A DNA stretch of 64,000 nucleotides from the IMG/VR virus record IMGVR_UViG_3300049988_000245, positions 62,742-126,741 of that record, one strand, 5' to 3'. Both the position numbers and the translations under genes were made by a program. Under the pieces are notes generated by a model that had not been told where the DNA came from, did no database searches, and worked only from the letters and a program-made list of their open reading frames with translations. This DNA comes from a virus. Positions 9,927 through 19,637 of this stretch are shown piece after piece (positions within the stretch are counted from its first letter, which is position 1; each line of letters starts with the position of its first letter).

Positions 9927-10496
9927 TTACAACCACTTGATAATTGGTTGATCCAAATTTCCTGTTTCCCAAACGAACCATGCGAAAGCCAACATGCTGG
10001 ACGATTTCGGCTTGTTCTCGCCATCGCGGTTCATTTTTAACCTGTACGTAAACACGTAAACGGTTTTGGGAGGGAATTTTTCGAAGAACGCCTTTCGCTT
10101 CTTCCCTTCTAAGAACTGGAGCTTCAGCAGCATCGCCACCTTACCATCAGCCTGCGCGAGCGAATGCCGGACGAAACGCTCGGCATACTTGTAAGGAGGA
10201 TTGGTGATGATGTGGTTGACCCGTCGAGACTCGTTGAAGAAGTCGAGCCCGCCTTGGCCGTATCCTCGGTCGATTAGGTCGGTCGCCAGAACGATGTGCC
10301 CGGTTTCTTCCAGAACCTTGCAGATCGCTCCATCACCACACGCTGGCTCCCACACAAGACCTGGGAATTCCTCGACCGCGAGCAGCGCTTCCACGGCGTT
10401 CCGGGGCGTGGGGTAGAAGTCGTTCTCGGGGCGGCCTTTGGATGTGCCGGAAATGCTCTGCGCGCGACGCAGACGGATCGCTGAAGTGTCTTCCAT
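9927..10496 (-). CDS. amino (N6-A/N4-C) DNA methyltransferase-like protein
   Basis: DFYPTP, WEPACGDG SAM-binding and ITNPPY catalytic motifs; TAAATA upstream. Confidence 0.85.
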   Translation of the reverse strand: MEDTSAIRLRRAQSISGTSKGRPENDFYPTPRNAVEALLAVEEFPGLVWEPACGDGAICKVLEETGHIVLATDLIDRGYGQGGLDFFNESRRVNHIITNPPYKYAERFVRHSLAQADGKVAMLLKLQFLEGKKRKAFFEKFPPKTVYVFTYRLKMNRDGENKPKSSSMLAFAWFVWETGNLDQPIIKWL

Positions 10497-10580
10497 TATA
10501 GCGGTATTTATTCCACCGCCTCAGGAGCAACCGATTATTAACCATTTTTCGGTAGACCAATTTTCGTTCGACCATACCGC

Positions 10581-10608
10581 TTGACGTTCTCTCAAAACCG
10601 CGTATATT
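10581..10608 (+). promoter_or_regulatory. early sigma70-type promoter (representative copy)
   Basis: TTGACG-16-TATATT; similar elements at 8581(+), 13206(+), ~1597(-), ~25870(-), ~26766(-), ~42209(-). Confidence 0.7.
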
Positions 10609-10658
10609 CAACTCATCAGCCGCATAGAGACGGCGCCAACACAGGAACGGATCACACC

Positions 10659-11588
10659 ATGAACACCGCTTTCACCGCCACCTCCGAGATCGCTCTCTCC
10701 CTCGCCGCTTCCGCTGCTGAGCGCGCCGCCCAGGCCACCCAGAAGGGCATCAAGGGGATCATGACCGGCCGGTCGGACACCTTCCGGGTCAACCCGTTCG
10801 ACATCGATGTGGTCGCTGGTTTCAACCTTCGCGGCTTCGACTCCGAGGAGGTTCAGGCCGACCTCGTCCACCTCGCTCAGGACATCAAGACCCGTGGCGT
10901 CCAGCAGAGCCTGAAGGTTCGTCTCGACAGCCGTGACAACCGCCTGAAGCTGGTCGATGGCGAGCGTCGTCTCCGGGCCACCATCTACGCGATCAACTTC
11001 CTCGACGCCTCCGACATCACCGAGGTCCCGGTCGTGCTGGTTCGCGGCAAGTCGGACGCCGACCTGATCGCCGAGCAGTTCGCCTCGAACACCGACGATC
11101 TGCGCAAGGACTTCAACGAGGTCGAGCAGGCCAACGGCATCCAGCGTCTGATCGGCTTCGGCTGGGATGACACGAAGATCGCCGCCCAGACCGGCCTCAA
11201 GATGGCCCGTGTGAAGCGTCTCGTGGCGATCCTCGAACTCCCCACGGTGGTGTCCGATCTGGTTCGTGCGGACAAGGTCTCGGCCACCTACGCCCTGGAG
11301 GTGGTGAAGAACTCGGCCAACACCGAGGCTGCTGTCGAGACCCTGGAGAAGGGCCTTGCGGTTGCTGCGGAGAAGGGCGGCACCAAGGTGATGCGCAAGC
11401 ACGTCACCCGCGCCGAGACCCCGGCTCTCCCCGGCAAGGCGTCCCCCCGCACGGTCCTCAAGAGCGTTGCGGAGGACTTCAAGACGGGTGAGGAAGTCGA
11501 GTCCACCAACGATGGTGTGACCACGGTGGCCTTCCACTTCACCCCCGAGGTCGCGGCCCGGATCAAGGCGGCCCTCGCCGGTCTCTGA
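10659..11588 (+). CDS. ParB/Srx-like N-terminal domain protein with HTH
   Basis: LVDGERRLRA arginine patch, EQANGIQRL..GW...IAAQTG; strong codon bias; own promoter and terminator. Confidence 0.85.
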   Translation: MNTAFTATSEIALSLAASAAERAAQATQKGIKGIMTGRSDTFRVNPFDIDVVAGFNLRGFDSEEVQADLVHLAQDIKTRGVQQSLKVRLDSRDNRLKLVDGERRLRATIYAINFLDASDITEVPVVLVRGKSDADLIAEQFASNTDDLRKDFNEVEQANGIQRLIGFGWDDTKIAAQTGLKMARVKRLVAILELPTVVSDLVRADKVSATYALEVVKNSANTEAAVETLEKGLAVAAEKGGTKVMRKHVTRAETPALPGKASPRTVLKSVAEDFKTGEEVESTNDGVTTVAFHFTPEVAARIKAALAGL

Positions 11589-11654
11589 TACGAGACCTTG
11601 GCGAACACCCCCGGCAATCGTGCCGGGGGTTACTCTGTTGAAAGGGGACCTGTG

Positions 11655-11762
11655 ATGACGAAGAGCGATTTCATGTGGGAGTTCGGTCCTGCCCTGTATG
11701 GAAGCACCCTGGGTCTCGCTGTCGGTTCGATCCTGCTCGCCGGGTTTTATTTCTTCCCATGA
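11655..11762 (+). CDS. 35-aa single-TM membrane peptide (absent from ORF track)
   Basis: MTKSDFMWEFGPALYGSTLGLAVGSILLAGFYFFP; AAGGGG RBS; ATGA-coupled to the next gene. Confidence 0.55.
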   Translation: MTKSDFMWEFGPALYGSTLGLAVGSILLAGFYFFP

Positions 11763-12019
11763 AGTGGGTCCAGACCGACTTGAAGCGGAACTCCGATCGG
11801 TGGGTTGCGCGGTTCAAGCTACCACTCCCGCACGGTCAGCGGGGGCTGGACTACACTTTTGCTTCTCTGTTTGCTCGCAGGTCACAAGCATGGTGTCTGG
11901 AGAATTTTGGCAAGCCCCATGCGAGCCATTCGACGAAGTATCGGTGGCACATGGACGGGTGGACGGCTCACTTCCGGCATGAGGACGATGCCTTCGCGTT
12001 CAAGATGCGGTGGTGCTGA
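11759..12019 (+). CDS. FKMRW-family mini-protein
   Basis: WCLENFG...EDDAFAFKMRWC. Confidence 0.8.
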   Translation: MKWVQTDLKRNSDRWVARFKLPLPHGQRGLDYTFASLFARRSQAWCLENFGKPHASHSTKYRWHMDGWTAHFRHEDDAFAFKMRWC

Positions 12020-12053
12020 GGTGGTGTGGATCATTCGAGACGGAGGAACCAAG

Positions 12054-12353
12054 ATGGCTCGGTACTACCAGTACACCGACATCGTCGTCCCCGGCGTGCG
12101 CCGATTGATCGAGACCGACTTCACCGTGTTCCTGATGAAGGATTGCGATGACACCGTGATGGGCGATCTCGAAGTGGTCGAGTGGGCCGCCACCCAAGGG
12201 GCACCAATCCACGTGGATAACCATTTCTGGAACCACCCGGTACGCCTCGGCAAGGACCATAATCATGCGGCGATCGTCGATGCGTTCGACTCAGCCGTTC
12301 TCATGATCCGCGACCCCGATCTGGCCATGGCGTTCAAGCTGAAATTCTGTTGA
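12054..12353 (+). CDS. FKMRW-family mini-protein
   Basis: GGAGG RBS; ends DPDLAMAFKLKFC. Confidence 0.75.
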   Translation: MARYYQYTDIVVPGVRRLIETDFTVFLMKDCDDTVMGDLEVVEWAATQGAPIHVDNHFWNHPVRLGKDHNHAAIVDAFDSAVLMIRDPDLAMAFKLKFC

Positions 12354-12804
12354 GCTTGACGCGACCGGGCGATCCGTGTTCGAGAGTTTCGTCGGGCGCT
12401 AGTGCCCTGGGGAGCCAGTCATGGTGATGGACAACGACCCGGACGAGAAGCTGATCGGGCATTTCACGTCGCGATCTTATCATTTGCATCTGTTGCGTGT
12501 GAGTACGGGGTACCGGATGGACTCGTTCGATAAGGATGATGTCTCTGGTACGATTTCGCAGGCACATTATTCCGATCTGCAAAACGCTCAGGTGGCATTC
12601 TGTATGAAGCTGCAAGAACTGCTCGCCACGGCTTAACCATTCTCACGAATTCGGCTTGCATTCTTTTCGTTTTAAATCACATTGAGGAACCCGCCAGCTA
12701 ACCACTGGCTAGTCGGATCACGCTGACCGACGAAGTGAAGCCGATTGGTCTCGGCAAACTCAGGCGCCGGTCCCCGGAGGGGACGCGATGGTGGTAGCGA
12801 AAGG

Positions 12805-13209
12805 ATGGATAGCGTGGAGCCGAAAGCTAGGAAGCGCCCCGTCCCCACCAAGTATTTCACTGAACTGGACGGTGGAATTCCGAAGCAATTCGTCCTCCCC
12901 ATGACGATCAGGCAGAGGCGCCGAATCATGGGGGATTTTGCTGATTCTCAGAGCTTTAATCAGCACTGTTGTGACCTCGAAGAGTGGGGCCGCGAGAACC
13001 AGATCGAGTTTCAGTTCGGTCTCCTCTACGACGTTCGTGAACGCTATTCTGCGGAGTACGATCGCGTCATGACGGCGAACGATATTCCCGACCACGATCG
13101 AGAACGAATCCTCAAGGGCCTTCAGGACCGCGAGGAGTACCTGTTCAACGCGTTCTTCTTCGATAACCGTACCCACGCGTTCATGTTCAAGCTTCGCTGG
13201 TTCGGTTGA
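12805..13209 (+). CDS. FKMRW-family protein
   Basis: Ends NRTHAFMFKLRWFG. Confidence 0.75.
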   Translation: MDSVEPKARKRPVPTKYFTELDGGIPKQFVLPMTIRQRRRIMGDFADSQSFNQHCCDLEEWGRENQIEFQFGLLYDVRERYSAEYDRVMTANDIPDHDRERILKGLQDREEYLFNAFFFDNRTHAFMFKLRWFG

Positions 13210-13256
13210 CATCCTACTGAATCCACGTATATTAGGGGAATCAGCAGGAGAGATTC

Positions 13257-13523
13257 ATGGCCGCGCTCAAGATCGAGATCAACCCGGATATGGACTCGGT
13301 TCGGCGCCGCGCCGCGAAGTCGAACAACGACTGGCTGGTCTGGCGCAACCGCGACGGCGCCACCTGCGCGGCCCGCCGGTCGCTTCCCGCGATCAAGCAG
13401 GCGATGCTGGACTGCGGCACCGGCCGGAAGTTCACCATGTACTGTGCCCGGTCGGTCATGCCGATGCTGATCGACTGGCGCCTCGGTCTGATCCTCCGGA
13501 ACAACACCCGTCGCGGGTACTGA
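13257..13523 (+). CDS. hypothetical early protein
   Basis: Promoter at 13206, AGGAG RBS, TGATG coupling to next gene. Confidence 0.7.
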   Translation: MAALKIEINPDMDSVRRRAAKSNNDWLVWRNRDGATCAARRSLPAIKQAMLDCGTGRKFTMYCARSVMPMLIDWRLGLILRNNTRRGY

Positions 13524-13780
13524 TGAGCGAACGGACCTTCCTTCCGGCTGGGGAATCGTACCTCACCAGCGTACTTTATCGGGCTCCCGTGGATATGGGC
13601 AGTCTGTCCCCGGATTGTAGTGCGATTATAGACTGGCTCGAAGAGGACGGCTTTGAAGGATACTACTTCCTAGATAGTCACTCCTCGTACAATACGATTG
13701 GCAAACGCGTCTACGTAGATGTCAGCGTACTATTCAGTAACCCCGCTGCGGCATTCAATTTCCGCATGAGATGGACTTGA
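13523..13780 (+). CDS. FKMRW-family mini-protein
   Basis: Ends NPAAAFNFRMRWT. Confidence 0.75.
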   Translation: MSERTFLPAGESYLTSVLYRAPVDMGSLSPDCSAIIDWLEEDGFEGYYFLDSHSSYNTIGKRVYVDVSVLFSNPAAAFNFRMRWT

Positions 13781-13795
13781 AATCAGGAGATACCC

Positions 13796-14491
13796 ATGGG
13801 TGGTTCGATCAAAATCGTGACGCGGTTCTCCAACGGTGAGGTGCAGGGCGACGTTCGCCACACCAACAACTTCCCGTTCTGGATTCGCCACCCCCGGTTC
13901 ATCGAAGGGGACGAGGCGTTCTTCCGCAAGTACGTGGAGATGCCCTCCGAGTACAAGGAAGGCGACGCCACACTGGCTCCGGACGAGTACGGAGTCGTCG
14001 TGATCGACTTCAAGTATCGCACTGTCCACGTGTGCAACAACTACTCTCACCTCGTCAGAATTTCGGTTTTCGAACGCGTTCACATGCAGAACAACCAGTT
14101 CGGCATCGGCGAGTCCGAGCAGGACGACGAGGCGACGTTCCGTGAGATGCTGGAGAAGGGTTATCTTTGCTTGGTCGAGCAGAACAGCCTGGGTGATCGA
14201 CGGGAGATTGAACTCTCCGACGTGACCATGGAAAACTGGAACAACAAGATCGATGCGAAGTACGGGTTCCAGGCCACCATGAATTCCGACACGAGCTACT
14301 CCATCGGAATCAAATACCCCGGCTGGACGATCAAGCAGTACCGGGCGGACGATATCGCGTCGCACGACGAGCTTCGTCAGAATCTCCGCAACGCGGGCTT
14401 CACGATCACTGAAGCGGACGAGCGCAAGTACGTGGCTTGGCGGGACGAGCAGATCGCCATGCTGGCGGAGGACGAAGCTCCCCAGGTTTAA
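13796..14491 (+). CDS. hypothetical protein
   Basis: AGGAG RBS; 231-aa ORF with typical codon usage. Confidence 0.7.
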   Translation: MGGSIKIVTRFSNGEVQGDVRHTNNFPFWIRHPRFIEGDEAFFRKYVEMPSEYKEGDATLAPDEYGVVVIDFKYRTVHVCNNYSHLVRISVFERVHMQNNQFGIGESEQDDEATFREMLEKGYLCLVEQNSLGDRREIELSDVTMENWNNKIDAKYGFQATMNSDTSYSIGIKYPGWTIKQYRADDIASHDELRQNLRNAGFTITEADERKYVAWRDEQIAMLAEDEAPQV

Positions 14492-14565
14492 CCACGATGC
14501 GTTATGCTCATTTCGCGAAATGGGCATAACTGGTATTTTGCGCCATCCATATTGAAGGGTATACG

Positions 14566-16611
14566 ATGACGATCGAGCGCACCGACCTGATCCCCGGCGT
14601 AACCAAGGTTCGTCTGATCGGATACAGCGAATTTCAAAAGTCGCTGCTCACCTTCTGTGTTGAACCAGCTTCGTTGCGTTTCCGAAACGCGATACCGGCG
14701 ATCGGTACGGTTGGGGTGGTCGGCGCGTCTTATAATCTGCGGGAAAACTCCATCCCTGTGCTGTTCGGTGAAGATACCCCGCTGGGCGACAACGAGGTGG
14801 ACTGCGACCTCAATACGCTGGAAATCATCGAGAACCCGCCCCGGATGGAGCCGTTTCCGCTCGGTACCAAGGTGAAGCTGGTCAAGGCCGATCCCCGTCA
14901 TCGGGGCGTGGGTTCGGCCATCCCCACGGTCGGCCTGATCGGCACGATCGATGCGCAGACGGCCCCCGCATGGTGCCAGACCGTTCGGTTTAAGGCGACC
15001 GATCTCGGCTACGGCTCGCGTGATGATGACGACGATACGATCTGCCTGTACATCCTGCGCAACTGCCTGGAGCAGTACGTCCCGGTGGATGATGCGCTCC
15101 GACAGATCGTCGCCACCCTGAAAGAGGGACCGAAGGAATTCGATCCCGACACGTACCGGCCCAAGGTCGATCCCGACGCGCTGATCGACGCCCGTGGACA
15201 TTGGATGAAGACCGAGCCGTTCCTGCGTAGCAGCATGGAGATGTGGTCGGGCAAACACTTTGACGACAATGTCAGCAGGTCGATGCTGTTCGAGAAAATC
15301 GATCTGGAAGAGCATGGCGCGGTCCGGGAGGAAACAAAGCAACTGTTCTTCCTCAGCAGCGAGTGCTTCGTCTGCCAGAGCAGGTTCGGCTACACCCCCT
15401 CGGAGGGTGGCAAGCGCTTCACCGCGTCCACCGAATGCCCGTATCCGGGCGGCATCCCCGATTACGATGTGCTGCTCGGCGTCCCCTCGGGGCGGATCGT
15501 GTTTGCGAACGACCTGCGTGCCCTGGTGGAGATCGAGGAGCCCCGTGGGACCAGCGTGAATTCAATGATCGGCCAGCGCCGTAATACGGAGGCACACGCG
15601 GCGGCTGGACTGATCATGATCGCCACCGGCAACACCTGTCCGGGTATCTGGCGGCGGCCCGATGGGACGATCAGTATCGCCAACTTCCGGGGGAATGATC
15701 CGCAGGACGATGACGACCACGAGGTCGAGGGCGTGCACACCCCGGTGGAGGAGCGCGGCGAGGACTTGGGCAGCATCTGCACGGACCTGTGGGACTTCTG
15801 CGCGATGGACTACGGGTACTTCGTGAACCGCTGCGCCGCGCTCAACGAGGACCCGAAGGATTTCGACATCACGATCGTCGATGTGAAGGCCGGGACCTGG
15901 GCGTTCACGGTCCCGAAGAGCACCGGTCGGGACACTGCGACGGAAATCTACTCCACTGGTCGCTGGACCGATCAGGCGGCGCCGGAGATTCGCCTCCCCG
16001 ACACAACCCTGTCGGAGACCCTGGCGGAGAGCCAAGCCTGGAAGGGCCTGAAGGATATCTGGTCGAGCCCGATCTCCTCGAACGGCTACAAGGGCGTCGA
16101 ATTCGTGCTGATCTGCTTCGGCACCGGCTACGACTGGACCGATGGGCTGCTCCGCACGGGCACTCGCCGGGAGGACGAGCCGTTCCGGAATCTCACCGAC
16201 GCCATGCTGGAGCAGCCCCAGGCGGTGCACCCGCTGGACCAGCACGTGCCGGTGTGGCCGAACTTCGCCTATCCAATGGGGGAAGCCTTCCTCGGTCAGG
16301 AGCCGGGCATCTCGCCGATGTTCCCGCTTTCCATGGGCTACGCGAAGGTCTCGAAAATCCCGCAGAATGTCGATCCGTGGTGGCTCGCGCTCTCGGTCAT
16401 GTACGTGAAGGCGATGAAGGATCGAACGGACCTATTCATGACCCGCCATGGCTACACGGCGGAGAAGCAGCAGGCCGGGATGAATCTGATCTATTCGATG
16501 CTGCTCGATCTGGTGGAGGTTCGTGGAGGGATCGACTGGATGCGCCCGTACTTCCGGGAGTGGCTGGCCGTGGATCAGGAACTTCTTCTGAAGAATCCGC
16601 CCCATGCGTGA
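14566..16611 (+). CDS. large hypothetical protein
   Basis: 681-aa ORF; CxxC and PSGRIVFANDLR...GNTCPGIW...ICTDLW blocks. Confidence 0.75.
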   Translation: MTIERTDLIPGVTKVRLIGYSEFQKSLLTFCVEPASLRFRNAIPAIGTVGVVGASYNLRENSIPVLFGEDTPLGDNEVDCDLNTLEIIENPPRMEPFPLGTKVKLVKADPRHRGVGSAIPTVGLIGTIDAQTAPAWCQTVRFKATDLGYGSRDDDDDTICLYILRNCLEQYVPVDDALRQIVATLKEGPKEFDPDTYRPKVDPDALIDARGHWMKTEPFLRSSMEMWSGKHFDDNVSRSMLFEKIDLEEHGAVREETKQLFFLSSECFVCQSRFGYTPSEGGKRFTASTECPYPGGIPDYDVLLGVPSGRIVFANDLRALVEIEEPRGTSVNSMIGQRRNTEAHAAAGLIMIATGNTCPGIWRRPDGTISIANFRGNDPQDDDDHEVEGVHTPVEERGEDLGSICTDLWDFCAMDYGYFVNRCAALNEDPKDFDITIVDVKAGTWAFTVPKSTGRDTATEIYSTGRWTDQAAPEIRLPDTTLSETLAESQAWKGLKDIWSSPISSNGYKGVEFVLICFGTGYDWTDGLLRTGTRREDEPFRNLTDAMLEQPQAVHPLDQHVPVWPNFAYPMGEAFLGQEPGISPMFPLSMGYAKVSKIPQNVDPWWLALSVMYVKAMKDRTDLFMTRHGYTAEKQQAGMNLIYSMLLDLVEVRGGIDWMRPYFREWLAVDQELLLKNPPHA

Positions 16612-16846
16612 GCCTCGATACGACTTCATCCCTCTCAGTCGAGAGGGATACCACTACGACCATAAGTTCGTGATTCGGGAAGACGGCGAATTCTTCAGGA
16701 GTAAGTACGACCCGATTCCAAGCGAGGTTGTTGCTTGGCTAGAAGAGCACGTCGGTACGTACGGCTACGACTACACGAATATCGACGGAGATGTTTGGAT
16801 ATCCGGATCGAAGAAAGCGTTCGAATTTCGTATGCGCTGGTGCTGA
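16604..16846 (+). CDS. FKMRW-family mini-protein
   Basis: WLEEHVG...KAFEFRMRWC. Confidence 0.8.
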   Translation: MREPRYDFIPLSREGYHYDHKFVIREDGEFFRSKYDPIPSEVVAWLEEHVGTYGYDYTNIDGDVWISGSKKAFEFRMRWC

Positions 16847-16861
16847 ATTGAGGGGCATAAA

Positions 16862-17110
16862 ATGAGCGAGAACGGAATCGGTATAAGGTCGGACCATTAC
16901 GTTCGGACCTGGGGCCTTGGCTTTGGTTTCGGTGGCAAGACCGTTCGCTTGACCAACGAACAGTTCTGGTTTGCCATGCTGGACGGAAGAATTCGGTACA
17001 GCCTGGGCGAGATTGCGCGGCGAACGGTGTGGAATATGACGGTGGAGCAGTACGAGAGCCAGCGCCATCCCGGCGCAGATGCCGCCTGCATCTCGTTCGA
17101 CGACGCGTGA
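16862..17110 (+). CDS. hypothetical protein
   Basis: GAGGGG RBS; GTGA-coupled to the next gene. Confidence 0.6.
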   Translation: MSENGIGIRSDHYVRTWGLGFGFGGKTVRLTNEQFWFAMLDGRIRYSLGEIARRTVWNMTVEQYESQRHPGADAACISFDDA

Positions 17111-17325
17111 GCGGCTGCAAGTATATCCCGGAGGGGAATGGCTATGGCGTTCGCTTTATGCTTCCGGACAGGGATGACTGGAAAGTCGAAGCCCTACGGG
17201 AACTCACCAACTGGCTCACCGATGAATTCGGTGAGCCTCATATGATGCGATGGTATCAAATGCAGTGGATCATCTATATCCCTGACCCGACCATCGCAAT
17301 GGCGTTTCGGCTACGTTGGTGCTGA
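17107..17325 (+). CDS. FKMRW-family mini-protein
   Basis: WLTDEFGEP...DPTIAMAFRLRWC. Confidence 0.8.
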   Translation: MSGCKYIPEGNGYGVRFMLPDRDDWKVEALRELTNWLTDEFGEPHMMRWYQMQWIIYIPDPTIAMAFRLRWC

Positions 17326-17695
17326 CTCGCCGTGGATCGCCCGGAAAGCCTCGCGATCGACCGGGAAGATGTTCTCGGTCTCTGAGGTGTCGAACATCTG
17401 CTCGTACCGCTCCGGACCGAGAAGCGTCTTGGTCTGTCTCATGAAGCCGGAGAAGTTCGTTTCGGCCGCGTCGAGGAAACCTTCCGAGGTGAGTTCGCCC
17501 CGATCCATTGCCTGACCCAGGCGCTCATGCTCGCCGCGCATCTTGCGTTGGATGGTCAGGACGTGTTCGAACTCCTCGGGCGTCACCGACACCTTGGTCT
17601 GCTCGAACATCGAGTGAAGCTCTTCGCGATCCGTTTGAACGTGACTGTGCATATGCTGCCCCTGATGAAAGAGGCAGCATATCTGGTTCGTCGGC

Positions 17696-19573
17696 TTAGA
17701 TCGATACCTGTCTGCCCAATTCGACGGCACGCTCCGTGGGTATCCGGAAGTGCGCCGAGGCGTCGGCCTGAGCGGTGGACATCCGGACGAAGAGTGCGTC
17801 CTGCCACCAGGGCATCTTAGACGCGCTGGAAACCTTCAGGGTGCGCTTGGACAAGAAGAAGCTCGTCTTCATCACCTCGAACTTCCAGCCCGCCCTACGA
17901 CACTGCTTGAGCGCCAGGGGAACGTTCGGGACTTCCATGAACCCGAACCGTAGGCGGACCCGCAGGAAGCCGTCGTTCAGGGTCTCGATCCGAACGCGGT
18001 CTACTTCTTCCACGCGAGGTTCGTCCACCGTGTCTACGGCGAGAATCACGGTGTTCTGGTGGAGCACCCGGTTGTGCTTCAGGTTATGCAGGAGCGCCGG
18101 GGGCACCTCGTCCGGACGAGGCGTAAAGAACACTGCCGTCCCATCGACGCGATTCTTGATTGATTTGGCCAGCGTCGGGATATAGTCGAGCAGGTCAAGA
18201 GCTTCCTTGCTCTGCTTGGTCGAGAGTAGTTCCGAACCCTTCCGCCACGTGATCATCGCGACCATCAGGAGAGCGCCGAACAGCACCGGGAGCCAGCCGC
18301 CGTCGAACACCTTCAGTGAGTTGGCCGACAGGAACACCATGTCGAGGGCCAGGAACGGCGTCATCAGCATGACAGCGAGCGGCATCGGGACCCGCCAGAC
18401 CTTCCAGGCGACGAAGAACGCCAGCAGCGCGGTCATCACCATGGTCCCGGACACCGCGATCCCGTATGCGGAGATCAGCGCCTCGGAGGACCGGAACGAC
18501 AGCACCACCATGACGACTCCGGTGAGCAGCATCCAGTTGATCTGAGGAACGTAGATTTGCCCCCGCTCGGTCTCCGAGGTCGGTCGAATCACCATTCGGG
18601 GGAGCAGCTTCAACTGGATCGCCTGCTGGGTGAGCGAGAACGCCCCGGTGATCGCGGCCTGCGCGGCGATGATCGTCGCCAGCGTGGCGAGCAGCACCAT
18701 CGGGATCAGCGCCCATTCCGGAAACATCAGGAAGAACGGATTCTCCGCATGCTCCGGGTGAGCCATCAGGAATGCGCCCTGGCCCAAATAATTCAGACCC
18801 AGACAGGGGAAGATGAAGCCGATCCACGCGACTTGAATCGGAGTCCGGCCGAAGTGACCCATGTCCGCGTATAGCGCCTCCGCTCCGGTAACTGCGAGGA
18901 ACACCGAACCGAGCACCAGCATAGAGGCGAGGCCGTGGTGGAGTAGGAAGTCGAGCGCGTGGAGCGGGTTCAGGGCCGCCAGGATAGCCGTGTTCTCCCA
19001 GATGTAGGGAAGACCAACCAGGGCCATCAGACCGAACCACAGGGCCATCACGGGGCCAAAGAACGTGGCAACTCGCGCCGTACCCCGGCTCTGCACCACG
19101 AACAGGCTGATCAGGATGACCAGGGCGAGCGAAACCACGTAGGGTTTGAACGCGGAGGAGACCAGATTCAGCCCCTCGACCGCTGACAGAACCGAGACCG
19201 CCGGAGTCAGCACGGCGTCTCCATAGAACAGGGCGGCGCCGATCATCCCAAGTATCACGACGTACTTGGCTCCGCCCATGGCCTTAAACGCCAGTGCGGT
19301 GAGTGCAAGAATCCCGCCCTCACGGTCATTGTCCGCCCACATAATGAGGCCGACATATTTCACCGTGACGGTCAGGAACAACGTCCAGAGGACCAGGGAG
19401 ACCAGGGAGACGATCAGGTCGGGGGAATGTGCTCCGGCGCCGGAGGCGACCTTCAGGGTCTCCTTGAGCGCATACAAGGGGGAGGTGCCGATATCCCCAT
19501 AGACGACACCGGTCGAGCCGAGAGCCAGTGTGAACAGGCCCGCCTTATGCGGGACCGTGGTGGTGGATGACAT
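17696..19573 (-). CDS. kup: KUP/HAK/KT family potassium transporter
   Basis: GVVYGDIGTSPLYA, GDAVLTPAVSVLSAVEGL, GAEALYADMGHFG, GQIYVP signatures; many TM segments plus a C-terminal soluble domain. Confidence 0.95.
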   Translation of the reverse strand: MSSTTTVPHKAGLFTLALGSTGVVYGDIGTSPLYALKETLKVASGAGAHSPDLIVSLVSLVLWTLFLTVTVKYVGLIMWADNDREGGILALTALAFKAMGGAKYVVILGMIGAALFYGDAVLTPAVSVLSAVEGLNLVSSAFKPYVVSLALVILISLFVVQSRGTARVATFFGPVMALWFGLMALVGLPYIWENTAILAALNPLHALDFLLHHGLASMLVLGSVFLAVTGAEALYADMGHFGRTPIQVAWIGFIFPCLGLNYLGQGAFLMAHPEHAENPFFLMFPEWALIPMVLLATLATIIAAQAAITGAFSLTQQAIQLKLLPRMVIRPTSETERGQIYVPQINWMLLTGVVMVVLSFRSSEALISAYGIAVSGTMVMTALLAFFVAWKVWRVPMPLAVMLMTPFLALDMVFLSANSLKVFDGGWLPVLFGALLMVAMITWRKGSELLSTKQSKEALDLLDYIPTLAKSIKNRVDGTAVFFTPRPDEVPPALLHNLKHNRVLHQNTVILAVDTVDEPRVEEVDRVRIETLNDGFLRVRLRFGFMEVPNVPLALKQCRRAGWKFEVMKTSFFLSKRTLKVSSASKMPWWQDALFVRMSTAQADASAHFRIPTERAVELGRQVSI

Positions 19574-19637
19574 GTGGGTGATCCATTGGAGGAGGCGACG
19601 TTCTACACCTCTCTCATTGGTTCGACCAAATTGAATT

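Noticed and set aside
10608..11537. Long antisense ORFs (also 51499..52722, 23795..24784, 14488..15342)
   Set aside because: They shadow well-supported genes with strong GC3 bias and have no RBS or recognisable motifs.
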